Shown piece by piece: positions 1-8,809 of a stretch of DNA of 16,796 nt. The translations under genes were made by a program, and so were the position numbers. The stretch's first letter is position 1. Each line of letters begins with the position of its first letter. The notes beneath the pieces are model-generated. The model had not been told where the DNA came from and did not search any database. It was given only the letters and a program-made list of their open reading frames with translations. The stretch spans positions 1-16,796 of the forward strand of contig JAZDMQ010000111.1 of assembly GCA_043800755.1 (NCBI GenBank), given 5' to 3'. This stretch comes from a bacterium. Lineage in GTDB: Bacteria; Methylomirabilota; Methylomirabilia; CAVQYV01.

Positions 1-1424
1 GAGGCCTCAAAACGAAGGACCAAAGCCGGCTGGGTATTGGAGGCCCGCACCAGGCCCCATCCGCCCGCAAAGACCAATCGCAGGCCATCGATGGTAATAA
101 TCTTCTGGAGGGGGAGAGGGGGCTTGGGGCTTGAAGGGGAGGTTAGGGATTGCCGGAGCTGCTCCATGAGGAGGAACTTTTGATCATCCGGACAGTCCAG
201 GCGGATCTCCGGGGTGGCATAGGTTTCAGGCAAGTCCGCCAGAAGCTTTGTGATGGAACTCTCCCTTCGTCTCAGGACTTCGATCAGGCGGGCACTGGCG
301 TAGATTGCATCATCATAGCCAAAGTAGCGGTCCGCAAAGAAGAGGTGTCCACTCATCTCCCCGGCCAGCAGGGCATGTTTCTCCCTCATCAGCTGCTTGA
401 TGGGCGAGTGTCCGGTCCTGCTCATGATGGCCACTCCTCCCAGCCTTTCAATCTCATCGTACATCACCTGGGAGCACTTGACCTCTCCGATGAAGACAGG
501 AGGCCCAATGCGGGGCTGCGGTGGGGGGGATAGCAGGTCTCTGGCGAACAGGATCATGAGCCGATCTCCCCAGATGATCTCGCCTTGTGGATCCAAGACC
601 CCGATGCGATCGGCATCGCCGTCGTAGGCGATCCCCAAGTCGGCCTCCTCCGCTTGAAGTCGGCCCCTCAGGTCCGTCAGGTTTTCGGGGAGGCTGGGAT
701 CCGGGTGGTGATGGGGAAAGGAGCCATCCGGCTCGCAATAAAGCTCTGCCACCCGGCAGCCGAGGGATCGAAGCAGGGCAGGGGCCACCAAGCCGCCGGT
801 GCCGTTGCCAGCATCCACCACCACCTTAATGGGCCTTGCTGCATCTGCCTTGGGCCCGGTGGCAGAGGCGGAGGTCAGGGTCTGAAAATGCTCGTTCATC
901 CAGGCCAGATAGTGGGGAATGATTGGATAGTTCTCGATGATCCCCTTTTTCCGCCGGGACTTGGGAGGGGATTGGCTGGCGAGCTCCCTCAGCCTTTGGA
1001 TGGTGGGGCCATGAATGGTCTCTCGGCCCACACAGATCTTGAGGCCGTTATATTCGGGGGGATTGTGGCTGCCGGTGACCATAATCCCGCCCTCCACCTC
1101 TAATTGGAAGAGGGAAAAATAGAGGAGGGGCGTGGGGCAGACCCCCAGATAGAAGATGTCGAGCTCTTGGCTGCTGATTCCTTGCATCAAGGCCGAAGTC
1201 ACTTCCGGGGAGCTCAGACGGACATCGCCCGCTACTGCCACTCGCGGGCGCCGTCCCACGGGCAAAGCGGGGTGGGCCTCGCGGAGGAGGTGGGCATAGG
1301 CCCGGCCGATGGCCTCTACCACAGCAGGGGTGAGATCGGTCCCTGCAATCCCCCGGATGTCGTATTCCCGGAAGATGTGGGAGGGGATGGCGGCTTTTCC
1401 TTTTGCTGGGCACTTACCTTCCAT
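1..1424 (-). CDS. manB: Phosphomannomutase/phosphoglucomutase (PMM/PGM, ManB/AlgC family), 3' end runs off the window
   Basis: Not in the ORF track; translated by hand from ATG at 1424: MEGKCPAKGKAAIPSHIFREYDIRG..., active-site loop VTGSHNPPEYNGLK, metal loop AYDGDADRIG, sugar loop AGEMSGH, C-terminal GWGLVRASNTQPALVLRFEA. Overlaps the manC stop by 11 bp. Confidence 0.95.
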   Translation of the reverse strand, partial: MEGKCPAKGKAAIPSHIFREYDIRGIAGTDLTPAVVEAIGRAYAHLLREAHPALPVGRRPRVAVAGDVRLSSPEVTSALMQGISSQELDIFYLGVCPTPLLYFSLFQLEVEGGIMVTGSHNPPEYNGLKICVGRETIHGPTIQRLRELASQSPPKSRRKKGIIENYPIIPHYLAWMNEHFQTLTSASATGPKADAARPIKVVVDAGNGTGGLVAPALLRSLGCRVAELYCEPDGSFPHHHPDPSLPENLTDLRGRLQAEEADLGIAYDGDADRIGVLDPQGEIIWGDRLMILFARDLLSPPPQPRIGPPVFIGEVKCSQVMYDEIERLGGVAIMSRTGHSPIKQLMREKHALLAGEMSGHLFFADRYFGYDDAIYASARLIEVLRRRESSITKLLADLPETYATPEIRLDCPDDQKFLLMEQLRQSLTSPSSPKPPLPLQKIITIDGLRLVFAGGWGLVRASNTQPALVLRFEA

Positions 1425-2868
1425 AGTCGTCATCAAACCTCTCGATGTCATCCTCTTCGACATATTCTCCGATCTGGGCCTCAATGATCTGCAGGGGGTC
1501 TGGACCCGGATTCTCCAGGCGATGCCTGGCCGATACGGGGATAAAGGTAGACTGGTGGGGGTAGACCTCAAAGGAGCGGTCCTCGATCCTGACCCGGGCA
1601 ACGCCCGAGAGGACCACCCAGTGTTCGCTGCGGTGTCGGTGGAGTTGCAGGCTCAGCCTTCCGCCCGGGTTCACCTCAATCCTCTTGATCTTATAGCCTT
1701 CCCCTTTCTCCAGCACCGTGTATTGACCCCAAGGCCGATGGACAGTGAGATGAACGAGGTACTCCTCCGAACCCCTTTTCTTGAGCTCCTCTGCCACTCC
1801 TTTCACCTGCTGGGCGTGTTCCTTGGGACACACCAGGGTGGCGTCCTCGGTGTCCACCACGATCATGTCCTTCAGGCCGAGCGTGGCCAGAATTCGGGAT
1901 CCAGCGAGGAGGATGGAATTCCGGGAGCCCCGGTCGAGAAGATTGCCGGACTTGATATTGCCAGAGCCGTCCCTGGGGCAAACCTCATCCAAGGCTCCCC
2001 AGGATCCCACGTCGTGCCACCGCATGTCCGCTTCCACCAGCACCACGTGAGAAGATTTCTCCATTACCCCGTAATCGATGGAGACCGGGTCGATCCGGGA
2101 ATAGGCCTGGGCGATGGTCTCTTTTTCCTCAGGGGTCCCTAAGGAGGCCTCCATCTCCTTCAAGCCCCGATTGAGGTCTGGCAGGTGGGTCTGAATTTCC
2201 GCCAGGATCGTCGCCGCCCTCCAGAGGAAGATGCCGCTGTTCCAATAGTACTGGCCGCTGGCCAGATATCCCTGGGCGGTCTTCAAGTCCGGCTTCTCCA
2301 CGAACCTCTCCACCTTGAAGACTTGGGTGGAGGAGCCGGCAAAAGCTGCGGACGGTCCAGGGGAGGATATCGACTCGGCAGCCTTCAGATAGCCGAATCC
2401 GGTTTCTGGCCGGGTGGGCTTGATTCCGAAGGTCACCAGGAGGCCCTGGTGGGCGGGCTCGGTTGCTACTTCCAGTAATTCCAGGAACCGGGCCGGGCGT
2501 CTCACCAGATGGTCCGAGGGCATCACGGCCATGATGGCCTCCCGATCTTCCCTTAGCAGGTGCAATGCGGCCAGGCCGATGGCCGGGGCGGTATTCTTCA
2601 TCTCCGGCTCCAGGAGGAAGCGATACCCAGATCCAATGGAGGCGGCTTGACGCTTCAGATCGAAGGCGTGCCGCTCGTTGGTGACGATAAGGGTCTTCTC
2701 CGGGAGGATGGCCTCACGGATGCGCAGAAGGGTTTCCTGAAAGAGGGAGTGCGACCCGATCAGAGTCAGCATCTGCTTGGGGTAGAGCTCGCGGCTCAGG
2801 GGCCAAAAGCGCGTCCCCGAACCCCCGGCGAGGATGACGGCATAGATCTCCGGTCCCAGCCTACTCAT
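1414..2868 (-). CDS. manC: Mannose-1-phosphate guanylyltransferase/mannose-6-phosphate isomerase (bifunctional)
   Basis: ILAGGSGTRFWPLSRELYPKQ, EPEMKNTAPAI, PETGFGY, FVEKPD, WNSGIF, SIDYGVMEK, and a C-terminal cupin RPWG...LSLQLHRHRSEHW. Start placed at ATG 2868 (MSRLGPEIYAV), overlapping the amrA stop. Confidence 0.96.
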   Translation of the reverse strand: MSRLGPEIYAVILAGGSGTRFWPLSRELYPKQMLTLIGSHSLFQETLLRIREAILPEKTLIVTNERHAFDLKRQAASIGSGYRFLLEPEMKNTAPAIGLAALHLLREDREAIMAVMPSDHLVRRPARFLELLEVATEPAHQGLLVTFGIKPTRPETGFGYLKAAESISSPGPSAAFAGSSTQVFKVERFVEKPDLKTAQGYLASGQYYWNSGIFLWRAATILAEIQTHLPDLNRGLKEMEASLGTPEEKETIAQAYSRIDPVSIDYGVMEKSSHVVLVEADMRWHDVGSWGALDEVCPRDGSGNIKSGNLLDRGSRNSILLAGSRILATLGLKDMIVVDTEDATLVCPKEHAQQVKGVAEELKKRGSEEYLVHLTVHRPWGQYTVLEKGEGYKIKRIEVNPGGRLSLQLHRHRSEHWVVLSGVARVRIEDRSFEVYPHQSTFIPVSARHRLENPGPDPLQIIEAQIGEYVEEDDIERFDDDYGR

Positions 2869-3397
2869 GGAAGATCTCCGCGGAAAAGATGAAGATCTCG
2901 GCCCCGCTCTTCCAGGCATCCGGAGGCAGGCCTGCCTTGAGACAGGTCTGCTTCAGGAAGGTCTCCCGGTCCCAGCCATATTCCACTGCTACCTGGGGGA
3001 GCAGCAGGCCGCGATGAGACCCTTTGGTGATGAAGAGGCCATCCCGGCCCACCTCGATCTCCGAGATCTCCTTGATCTCTTGCAGGGGGGTGAGGACCGA
3101 GATCTCGATCTCGGTCTGGGGAAGCTCCTCAGATCGGAGGGGGGGGAACCGGGGATCGGAGAATGCGGCGGAGAGGGCACAGGAGGCGATGGTCTGGTAG
3201 AGGGGGTGGGTGGCTTCGGTATATCCGATGCAGCCCCGGAGGCGTCCCCCTTTGGTCAGGGTGACAAAGGCGGCCCCTTCCTGGAGAAGTTCTGCCTCGG
3301 TGACGGCAAAAGCGGGCGCCTTTCCCTCCTCCAGATATCCCTCAATGGAGCGCCGTGCAATCTCCAGTAACTTCTGGCGTAAGTTCTGCTCCAGCAT
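2861..3397 (-). CDS. amrA: AmmeMemoRadiSam system protein A (AMMECR1 domain)
   Basis: AAFVTL..GRLRGCIG, DPRFPPL..EEL, IEISVLTP, GRDGL, GLLLPQVA, FLKQTCLKAGLPPDAW are AMMECR1-family motifs; RBS GGAGGGAG upstream. Confidence 0.93.
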   Translation of the reverse strand: MLEQNLRQKLLEIARRSIEGYLEEGKAPAFAVTEAELLQEGAAFVTLTKGGRLRGCIGYTEATHPLYQTIASCALSAAFSDPRFPPLRSEELPQTEIEISVLTPLQEIKEISEIEVGRDGLFITKGSHRGLLLPQVAVEYGWDRETFLKQTCLKAGLPPDAWKSGAEIFIFSAEIFHE

Positions 3398-3481
3398 CTC
3401 TCCCTCCGGAAAGGGGCCAGTTTCTTTTGGCCCTTGGCTGGGTTAGAAAGGAAAGGCCTGCCCCCGAGAAGGTCAGACTTT

Positions 3482-4873
3482 TCAGGCGGAAGTACCTCCT
3501 ACAATAATCTCCGGGATCCTCAAGGTGGGTTGGGCATCGGAGACGGGGGCCCCCTGGCCGTCCTTGCCGCAGGTCCCCACGCCGAAGCCCAGGTCCGATC
3601 CCACCATGTCGATCTGTTGCAGGATCCGGGGGCCATTTCCGGTGAGGGTTGCCCCCCGCACTGCAGGACCCGCCTCGCCCCCTTCGATCCGGTAGCCCTC
3701 GGTGACCTCGAAGATGAAATCGCCGTTGACGGTGTTGACCTGGCCTCCCCCCATCTTTTTCACCAGGAGGCCGCGCGACACCGACCGAATGATCTCCTCC
3801 GGCGGGGTAACACCAGGGGCGATCAGGGTATTGGACATGCGGGGAATCGGCTTGTACTGATAGGATTGCCGGCGGCCATTGCCGGTCGATCGGCATCCGT
3901 CCTTCAGCGCCGCCAATCGGTCATAGAGATAGCCCTTCAGGACCCCGGCCTCGACGAGGATGGTCCGCTGGGCCTCGGTCCCCTCGTCATCGAAGACATA
4001 GGAACCCCGCCGCTGGGGAATGGTGGGATCGTCGATGACGGTGATCAGGGGTGAGGCGATCTGTTCTCCCAGGCGACCGGAGAAGATAGAAAGGCCCTCC
4101 TGGGCCAGATCCGACTCCAGGCCGTGGCCCACCGCCTCGTGGATCATGGTGCCTCCTGCCTCGGAAGAGAGCACCACCATCATGGGGCCGGCGGGCGCGG
4201 GCTCCGCCTCCAGCATGTGGATCGCCCGGCGCGCGGCCTTTTCCGCCACCCCTTCCGGCGAAGATTCCTCGAAGATCTCCCATCCTACCACGCCGCCGAT
4301 TGCCTCGTATCCTGTCTGGATGATTCCGTCCTGAGAGGCGACTACCTGAACGGCCAAGAGGACCCCCACCCTTTCCTCCTCGCAGAGCAGGCCGTCCGAG
4401 TTGGCGATACGAGCCCGGCGCCACCCATCCCGATAGGTCACCCGAACCTGACGGATGCGGGGGTCCAGACCTCTGGCGACCCCATTGGCGGCCATGACCA
4501 GATCGACCTTCTTCTCCAGGGGGATCTCCTGCGGGGGGATCCGGATCTGATGAGACCAGGGGGGATCCTTGGCCCCTAAGGGAAGAGAGGGAGTGGGGAC
4601 CGGGGCCCGTTTGTCCGGGAGGGCGCCCGCAAGGTAAGAAGCCAGATCGAGCAGGGAAGGCAGCGACAGGTCACTGGAGGAGCCGTGGACGGTCTGAAAG
4701 TCCTTGATCAGACGCAATCCTGCCCCTCGATCGCACCCGGAGAGGATGTGTTCGATCTTATCCTCTTCGCAGATGATAGAGGTTGCCTCCGTCTCTTCAA
4801 GGAAGAGATCAGCGAAAGGACCTCCCCGCGAGAGGAGGGAGGCCAATACCTGGCTTAGATGATCTGCCTGCAA
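3482..4873 (-). CDS. tldD: TldD/PmbA family metalloprotease (TldD-type, catalytic)
   Basis: HEAVGHGLE zinc motif, FDDEG, STGNGRRQSY..PIPRMSNT, GGGQVN..GDFIF, CGKDGQ.APVSDAQPT. Start reassigned to TTG at 4873 behind RBS GGAGGT; the ORF-track 5' extension overlaps the divergent gene. Confidence 0.93.
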   Translation of the reverse strand: MQADHLSQVLASLLSRGGPFADLFLEETEATSIICEEDKIEHILSGCDRGAGLRLIKDFQTVHGSSSDLSLPSLLDLASYLAGALPDKRAPVPTPSLPLGAKDPPWSHQIRIPPQEIPLEKKVDLVMAANGVARGLDPRIRQVRVTYRDGWRRARIANSDGLLCEEERVGVLLAVQVVASQDGIIQTGYEAIGGVVGWEIFEESSPEGVAEKAARRAIHMLEAEPAPAGPMMVVLSSEAGGTMIHEAVGHGLESDLAQEGLSIFSGRLGEQIASPLITVIDDPTIPQRRGSYVFDDEGTEAQRTILVEAGVLKGYLYDRLAALKDGCRSTGNGRRQSYQYKPIPRMSNTLIAPGVTPPEEIIRSVSRGLLVKKMGGGQVNTVNGDFIFEVTEGYRIEGGEAGPAVRGATLTGNGPRILQQIDMVGSDLGFGVGTCGKDGQGAPVSDAQPTLRIPEIIVGGTSA

Positions 4874-4890
4874 TCCACTACCTCCGCCTT

Positions 4891-4942
4891 TTAATAGCAC
4901 TCGCAAACTCCTCTTGTCAATTGCAAAATCTGGGAGTAAACT
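4891..4942. promoter_or_regulatory. Candidate overlapping divergent sigma70 promoters for the tldD operon and the M48 gene
   Basis: Plus strand: TTGTCA (4914-4919)-N17-TAAACT (4937-4942). Minus strand: TTGACA (4920-4915)-N18-TATTAA (4896-4891) preceded by TGC. Confidence 0.5.
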
Positions 4943-4991
4943 ATCACATAGAGAGGGATTGCCGCAACAATAAGAGAAGGGGAAGCAATCG

Positions 4992-6035
4992 TTGACGAAA
5001 AACCCAAAAGGCAAGAAGGGTAGCCGTCCGTTTCGACTCGGGGCAGTCGCACTGCTTCTGGCCATCGCCCTTGTGTCCCCCTGGGGCAGGGCGCCCGCCG
5101 CCAAAGAAGTCATCCTCATGAGTGAAGCCGATGAGGTGAAGGTGGGCGGGGGGATGGACAAGGAGTTGGAGAAACGATATGGTTTCTGTGGCAGCCCCAA
5201 GCTCCAGGCCTATTTGGACCAGTTGGGTCAGAAGGTTGCAGCCCAGGCAGAGCCGAGGGGATTCCGCTATAGCTTCAAGGTCCTGAACGATGAGACGATC
5301 AATGCCATGGCCCTTCCCGGGGGGTATATCTATGTGACGCGAGGCCTCCTGGCGGTTTTGAATGATGAGGCGGAGCTGGCCGGGGTGATCGGTCACGAGG
5401 TGGGCCATGCCTCCTCTCGCCATGCCGCCAAGCAGATGACCAAGGCCACGTTGTTTCAGCTCTTGAGCCTGGGCGCCTTGGCCGCAGCCGCCTCCACCCC
5501 AGAGGGACGAGTAAATATGGGTGCCTGGGCCATTGCCTCCAGCGAGCTCTTCACCCAGATCCTATTGGGGTATGGGCGAGACAACGAGATGGAGGCGGAC
5601 GAGAAGGGCATGCGCTATGCCTACCAGGCCGGATACGATCCTCGAAATATGGCACAGTTCCTCCGCTACCTGCGCACCAAAGAGCAGCTATCTGGCATAA
5701 ACTTTCAGGGTTTTTACCTCACTCATCCCGAGACTGCCGAGCGGATCATCAAGTCCGATACCCTGGGGTATATTCTGGCCAGCGGATCTAAGGCGGGTGA
5801 GTTAGAGGTGGGGGCCAATCGTTACCGCTCCCAGCTGGAGGGGTTGCCCTATGGCCACAAGGATGATCGGCGGACTGTGCAGATCTACACCGCTAAGGCC
5901 GGCGATTCCCTACCCTCCATTTGCCGGGCCCTGCTGGGCGATGAGTCCCGGAGCCACGAGGTGACCTTCCTCAACCGGTTGAAGGAGGGGGCGAAGCTGG
6001 AGGAGGGGATGGTCCTCAAGATCCCCTCGCGCTGA
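4992..6035 (+). CDS. Exported M48-family zinc metalloprotease (BepA/YfgC-like) with C-terminal LysM-like domain
   Basis: Basic then hydrophobic N-terminus; INAMALPGGYIYVTRGLL, ELAGVIGHEVGH (HExxH), YGRDNEMEAD, LTHP; tail YTAKAGDSLPSI...LNRL...LEEGMVLKIP resembles LysM. Confidence 0.88.
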   Translation: MTKNPKGKKGSRPFRLGAVALLLAIALVSPWGRAPAAKEVILMSEADEVKVGGGMDKELEKRYGFCGSPKLQAYLDQLGQKVAAQAEPRGFRYSFKVLNDETINAMALPGGYIYVTRGLLAVLNDEAELAGVIGHEVGHASSRHAAKQMTKATLFQLLSLGALAAAASTPEGRVNMGAWAIASSELFTQILLGYGRDNEMEADEKGMRYAYQAGYDPRNMAQFLRYLRTKEQLSGINFQGFYLTHPETAERIIKSDTLGYILASGSKAGELEVGANRYRSQLEGLPYGHKDDRRTVQIYTAKAGDSLPSICRALLGDESRSHEVTFLNRLKEGAKLEEGMVLKIPSR

Positions 6036-6111
6036 ATTGCTGGGCCTCCTGCGCCCCTGAGCGGTTTCCCTTATCTTTCTTCGAACCCCCCCCAATTGCG
6101 CCCTCAACCCC

Positions 6112-7359
6112 TCACGAGGATCCTGGTTCTCCGGGTTCCCCTCTCTGGCCCTCCTCCCCCTCAATTTGTCGCAGGTAGCGGAGCAGACCCCACAAGGCAA
6201 TCAGGCAGATCAGGATCCCGATGCGGATAGCCAGAGGGGCCCCTAAGTATTGAGCCAATAACCCGATCTGAAGGCTTCCTAGGGGGGCCATGCCCAGGAG
6301 GGCCATGACGAAGAAACCCATGATCCGCCCACGGAGGTCATCCGGGACCTTCGTCTGCAACAGGGTATTGGAGGTGGCGAGAAAGGTGATTAAGAAGGCC
6401 CCCACCAGGATCAGCAAGAGCAGGGAGAGATAGAGGTTGGCCGAAAAGGTGAAAAGCAGTAGCGAGATCAGGAACAGGAAGGCCCCGATGAGGACCATGG
6501 ATGTCCTTCCCCGACGATTGCCCCAGGAGGCCAAATTCAGGGCCCCACTCAGGGCACCCACGCCGGTGGCCGTCATCAGAGCCCCCAGGGTCTTGGGCCC
6601 CCCGCCCAGGATGTCCTTGGCAAAGACGGGCATCATTACGATGTACTGGAGGGCAAAGACGCTGATGATCGCGATCAGGGAAAGGAGGGAAAGAATGGCA
6701 GGATGGGATCGGGCATAGTGGATGGCCTCTCGAACCCCATGCCGGGTGGAGAATTTGGGCTTGGTCTGCACCTCAAAACGCATCGAGTAGAGGGCGAAGA
6801 GAATGGCAAAATAGGTGAGCCCATTGAGGAAGAAGCAGGGGGCCAGGCCCACCCCGGCGATGAGGATCCCGGCCAGGGCCGGGCCGATGACGCGCGAGGC
6901 GTTGAAGATGCTGGAGTTGAGGGCGATGGCGTTGGTCAGGTCCTCTCTCCCCACCATCTCCACGATAAAGGACTGGCGGGTCGGGGTATCGATGGCCGAA
7001 TCCAACCCTAAGAGCGTGGCCAGCAGCAGAATGTGCCAGATGCGGACCCAGTCGAAGGCCACCAGGATGCCTAGGGTCCAGGCCACGATCATGGCCGAGC
7101 ACTGGGTGAAGAAGAGGAGTTTCCTCTTATCGAATCGGTCGGCCAGGGTTCCCCCATAGAGGGAAAAGGCCAGGATGGGAAGGGAGCCGAGGGCGCTGAC
7201 CAGCCCGAGGAGGAGGCGGGAATGGGTGAGGTCATAGACCAGCCAGCTCTGGGCCATGCCCTGCATCCAGATGCCGATGAAGGAGATCAGTTGGCCGACG
7301 AAGAAGAGCCGGAAATTGCGGTGGCGAAGGGAAGTGAAGGTGGAACCTAAAAGCCTCAT
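6112..7359 (-). CDS. MFS transporter (MFS_3 / EntS-like)
   Basis: SLRHRNFRLFFVGQLISFIGIWMQ, motif A GTLADRFDKRKLL, NAIALNSSIFNASRVIGPALAG, LLQTKVPDDLRGRIMG; about 12 hydrophobic segments. Confidence 0.92.
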   Translation of the reverse strand: MRLLGSTFTSLRHRNFRLFFVGQLISFIGIWMQGMAQSWLVYDLTHSRLLLGLVSALGSLPILAFSLYGGTLADRFDKRKLLFFTQCSAMIVAWTLGILVAFDWVRIWHILLLATLLGLDSAIDTPTRQSFIVEMVGREDLTNAIALNSSIFNASRVIGPALAGILIAGVGLAPCFFLNGLTYFAILFALYSMRFEVQTKPKFSTRHGVREAIHYARSHPAILSLLSLIAIISVFALQYIVMMPVFAKDILGGGPKTLGALMTATGVGALSGALNLASWGNRRGRTSMVLIGAFLFLISLLLFTFSANLYLSLLLLILVGAFLITFLATSNTLLQTKVPDDLRGRIMGFFVMALLGMAPLGSLQIGLLAQYLGAPLAIRIGILICLIALWGLLRYLRQIEGEEGQRGEPGEPGSS

Positions 7360-7433
7360 AATAACTCATTCTATTTTACTGGGAGCCAACGGAGGAAGCA
7401 AGGCAAATCTGCCGCCGTGTGAGAAAAGGTGCG

Positions 7434-7766
7434 ATGTAGTCTGCAATCAGGCTCATCATCAGCCTCCTGATCATCCTGACCGCCACCCAGGTGGGAAGGA
7501 GGTTGCCCTCTTCAGGAGGGTTGATCGCCACCATGCCCCTCACCGGGGTCATCGTGCTGGTATGGCTTTACGCAGATCACCCTGGGGATTCTCACCTGAT
7601 GCAGGAATACACCCGGGGTGCTCTCTGGGGGATTGGGCCGAGCATCCTCTTCTTCCTGGTTGCCTATCCTTGCTTTCAGGCTCAGATCAGCCTCCCCGTT
7701 ACCTTGCTGGCGAGCTTTGGGGTCTGGATCCTGGGGGCCTTTGCCCACCAGCATTTCCTGGGGTAG
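7434..7766 (+). pseudogene. DUF3147-like small membrane protein with in-frame TAG at codon 2
   Basis: RBS-like GAGAAAAGGT, then ATG TAG TCT GCA ATC AGG CTC... = M*SAIRLIISLLIILTATQVGRRLPSSGGLIATMPLTGVIVLVWLY. This is in frame with ORF 7491-7766 and supplies the otherwise missing first TM helix. Family assignment is from memory of the GLIATMPLT..LVWLY motif. Confidence 0.65.
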
Positions 7767-7784
7767 GGGAAAAAGAAGAAATCC

Positions 7785-7812
7785 TTGAAATACGACAGGA
7801 AATCGGTATAAT
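7785..7812 (+). promoter_or_regulatory. Candidate sigma70 promoter
   Basis: TTGAAA (7785-7790)-N16-TATAAT (7807-7812), about 70 nt upstream of the small Cys-rich ORF. Confidence 0.55.
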
Positions 7813-7880
7813 CGCAGGTAACTGAAGACCTCCATATTCTCTCTCATCTTTCACTCCCAGCCAAAATAGGGGGGGCCGCC

Positions 7881-8054
7881 GTGAAAAAATGTGCCTTTTG
7901 TGGAAGCACATCCAATGTGCTGTATTCCGATCCAGAGAAGGGGCCGGTTTGCCAGGACTGTTGGTTTAAACTGGGACAGGAGTTGGAGGATATAGAAGAA
8001 GAGAAGAAGACCCGGGAATCGGAGCGCACCGAAGAGAAGGATCGGCGCAAATAG
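7881..8054 (+). CDS. Small putative C4 zinc-finger protein with charged tail (57 aa)
   Basis: GTG start behind AGGGGGGG; MKKCAFCGSTSNVLYSDPEKGPVCQDCWFKLGQELEDIEEEKKTRESERTEEKDRRK*; CxxC-x16-CxxC. Below the ORF-track size cut-off. Confidence 0.75.
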   Translation: MKKCAFCGSTSNVLYSDPEKGPVCQDCWFKLGQELEDIEEEKKTRESERTEEKDRRK

Positions 8055-8246
8055 AGCGGAGAGATTCGGCAGGCGAATATATGGCTCAGAGAAGGGGGTG
8101 TCAGGAGGGAAGGAAGGTGCCAGCGATGTAAGATCTGATAAAAGAGGTCATGTAACTGAGACCCGCGAAGGCCAGGGCCTCGCTTCAGAGAAACCATGAA
8201 AGGTCAAAGGCATCACCCAATTCACTCAAATCGAAAGGAGAAGTAA

Positions 8247-8651
8247 ATGCCCTACAAGAGACTCTGGAAGATCCCCAGCAAGAAGGTTGCCCCCCCCAAT
8301 GAAAGGTGCTTGCAGATTATCTATTCTCCCCAGCAAGACGCGAAGGTAGCCAACGCTACCTTTTTGATGTCCACCCTGGCGCCCCATTCCGGGCAGACGG
8401 GCGTCCATACCCATGTGGTGGATGAGATCATCTATATCATCACCGGCCGGGGGGAGGGGGAAGACGATGGAAAGGCCTTCGAGCTGGTGCCGGGAACGAT
8501 CATCTATGCGCCCGCTGGGATAAAGCACAATTGTAGGAATTTCTCCGATGAGTCGATGCAGATGTTCTGTGTCTATGTCCCCGCCCTTCCGGATGAGATC
8601 ATCAAGAACCTCTTGAGCGAGGTGGTGGTAAGGGTACCAGAGACGAAGTAA
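8247..8651 (+). CDS. Cupin-domain protein
   Basis: RBS GAAAGGAG; cupin motif 1 HTHVVDEIIYIITGRG and motif 2 PGTIIYAPAGIKHNCRN. Confidence 0.88.
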   Translation: MPYKRLWKIPSKKVAPPNERCLQIIYSPQQDAKVANATFLMSTLAPHSGQTGVHTHVVDEIIYIITGRGEGEDDGKAFELVPGTIIYAPAGIKHNCRNFSDESMQMFCVYVPALPDEIIKNLLSEVVVRVPETK

Positions 8652-8675
8652 CCTTTTCCCTCCAGGACCAGCGGC

Positions 8676-8718
8676 CAAGGTCCCGGATCACTCGCACCAG
8701 AAGCGATTCGGGGACTTG
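8676..8718 (+). terminator. Stem-loop downstream of the cupin gene (possible terminator)
   Basis: CAAGGTCCCGGATC ... GATTCGGGGACTTG imperfect inverted repeat followed by CTCTTT; U-tract weak. Confidence 0.35.
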
Positions 8719-8809
8719 CTCTTTCGGCGCTCCCATTTTTTCTCAGGAGTTTTTGTCATCGAGAGGGGGACCGCTGTTAGGATGAGGGGGAGGGGAGGGG
8801 CGAAAGATA

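Noticed and set aside
150..4579. Many plus-strand ORFs opposite manB/manC/amrA/tldD, and antisense ORFs opposite the kinase and S8 genes
   Set aside because: Shadow ORFs typical of high-GC coding DNA; no recognisable motifs.
4874..5200. ORF-track N-terminal extension of TldD (and 2869-2919 of ManC, 14724-14771 of the binding protein)
   Set aside because: These overlap neighbouring genes or stops; better starts with RBS or translational coupling exist downstream.
8159..8168. AGACCCGCGA shared with 16095-16104 in another intergenic hairpin
   Set aside because: Only a 10-mer with dissimilar flanks; cannot be distinguished from chance without a genome-wide search.
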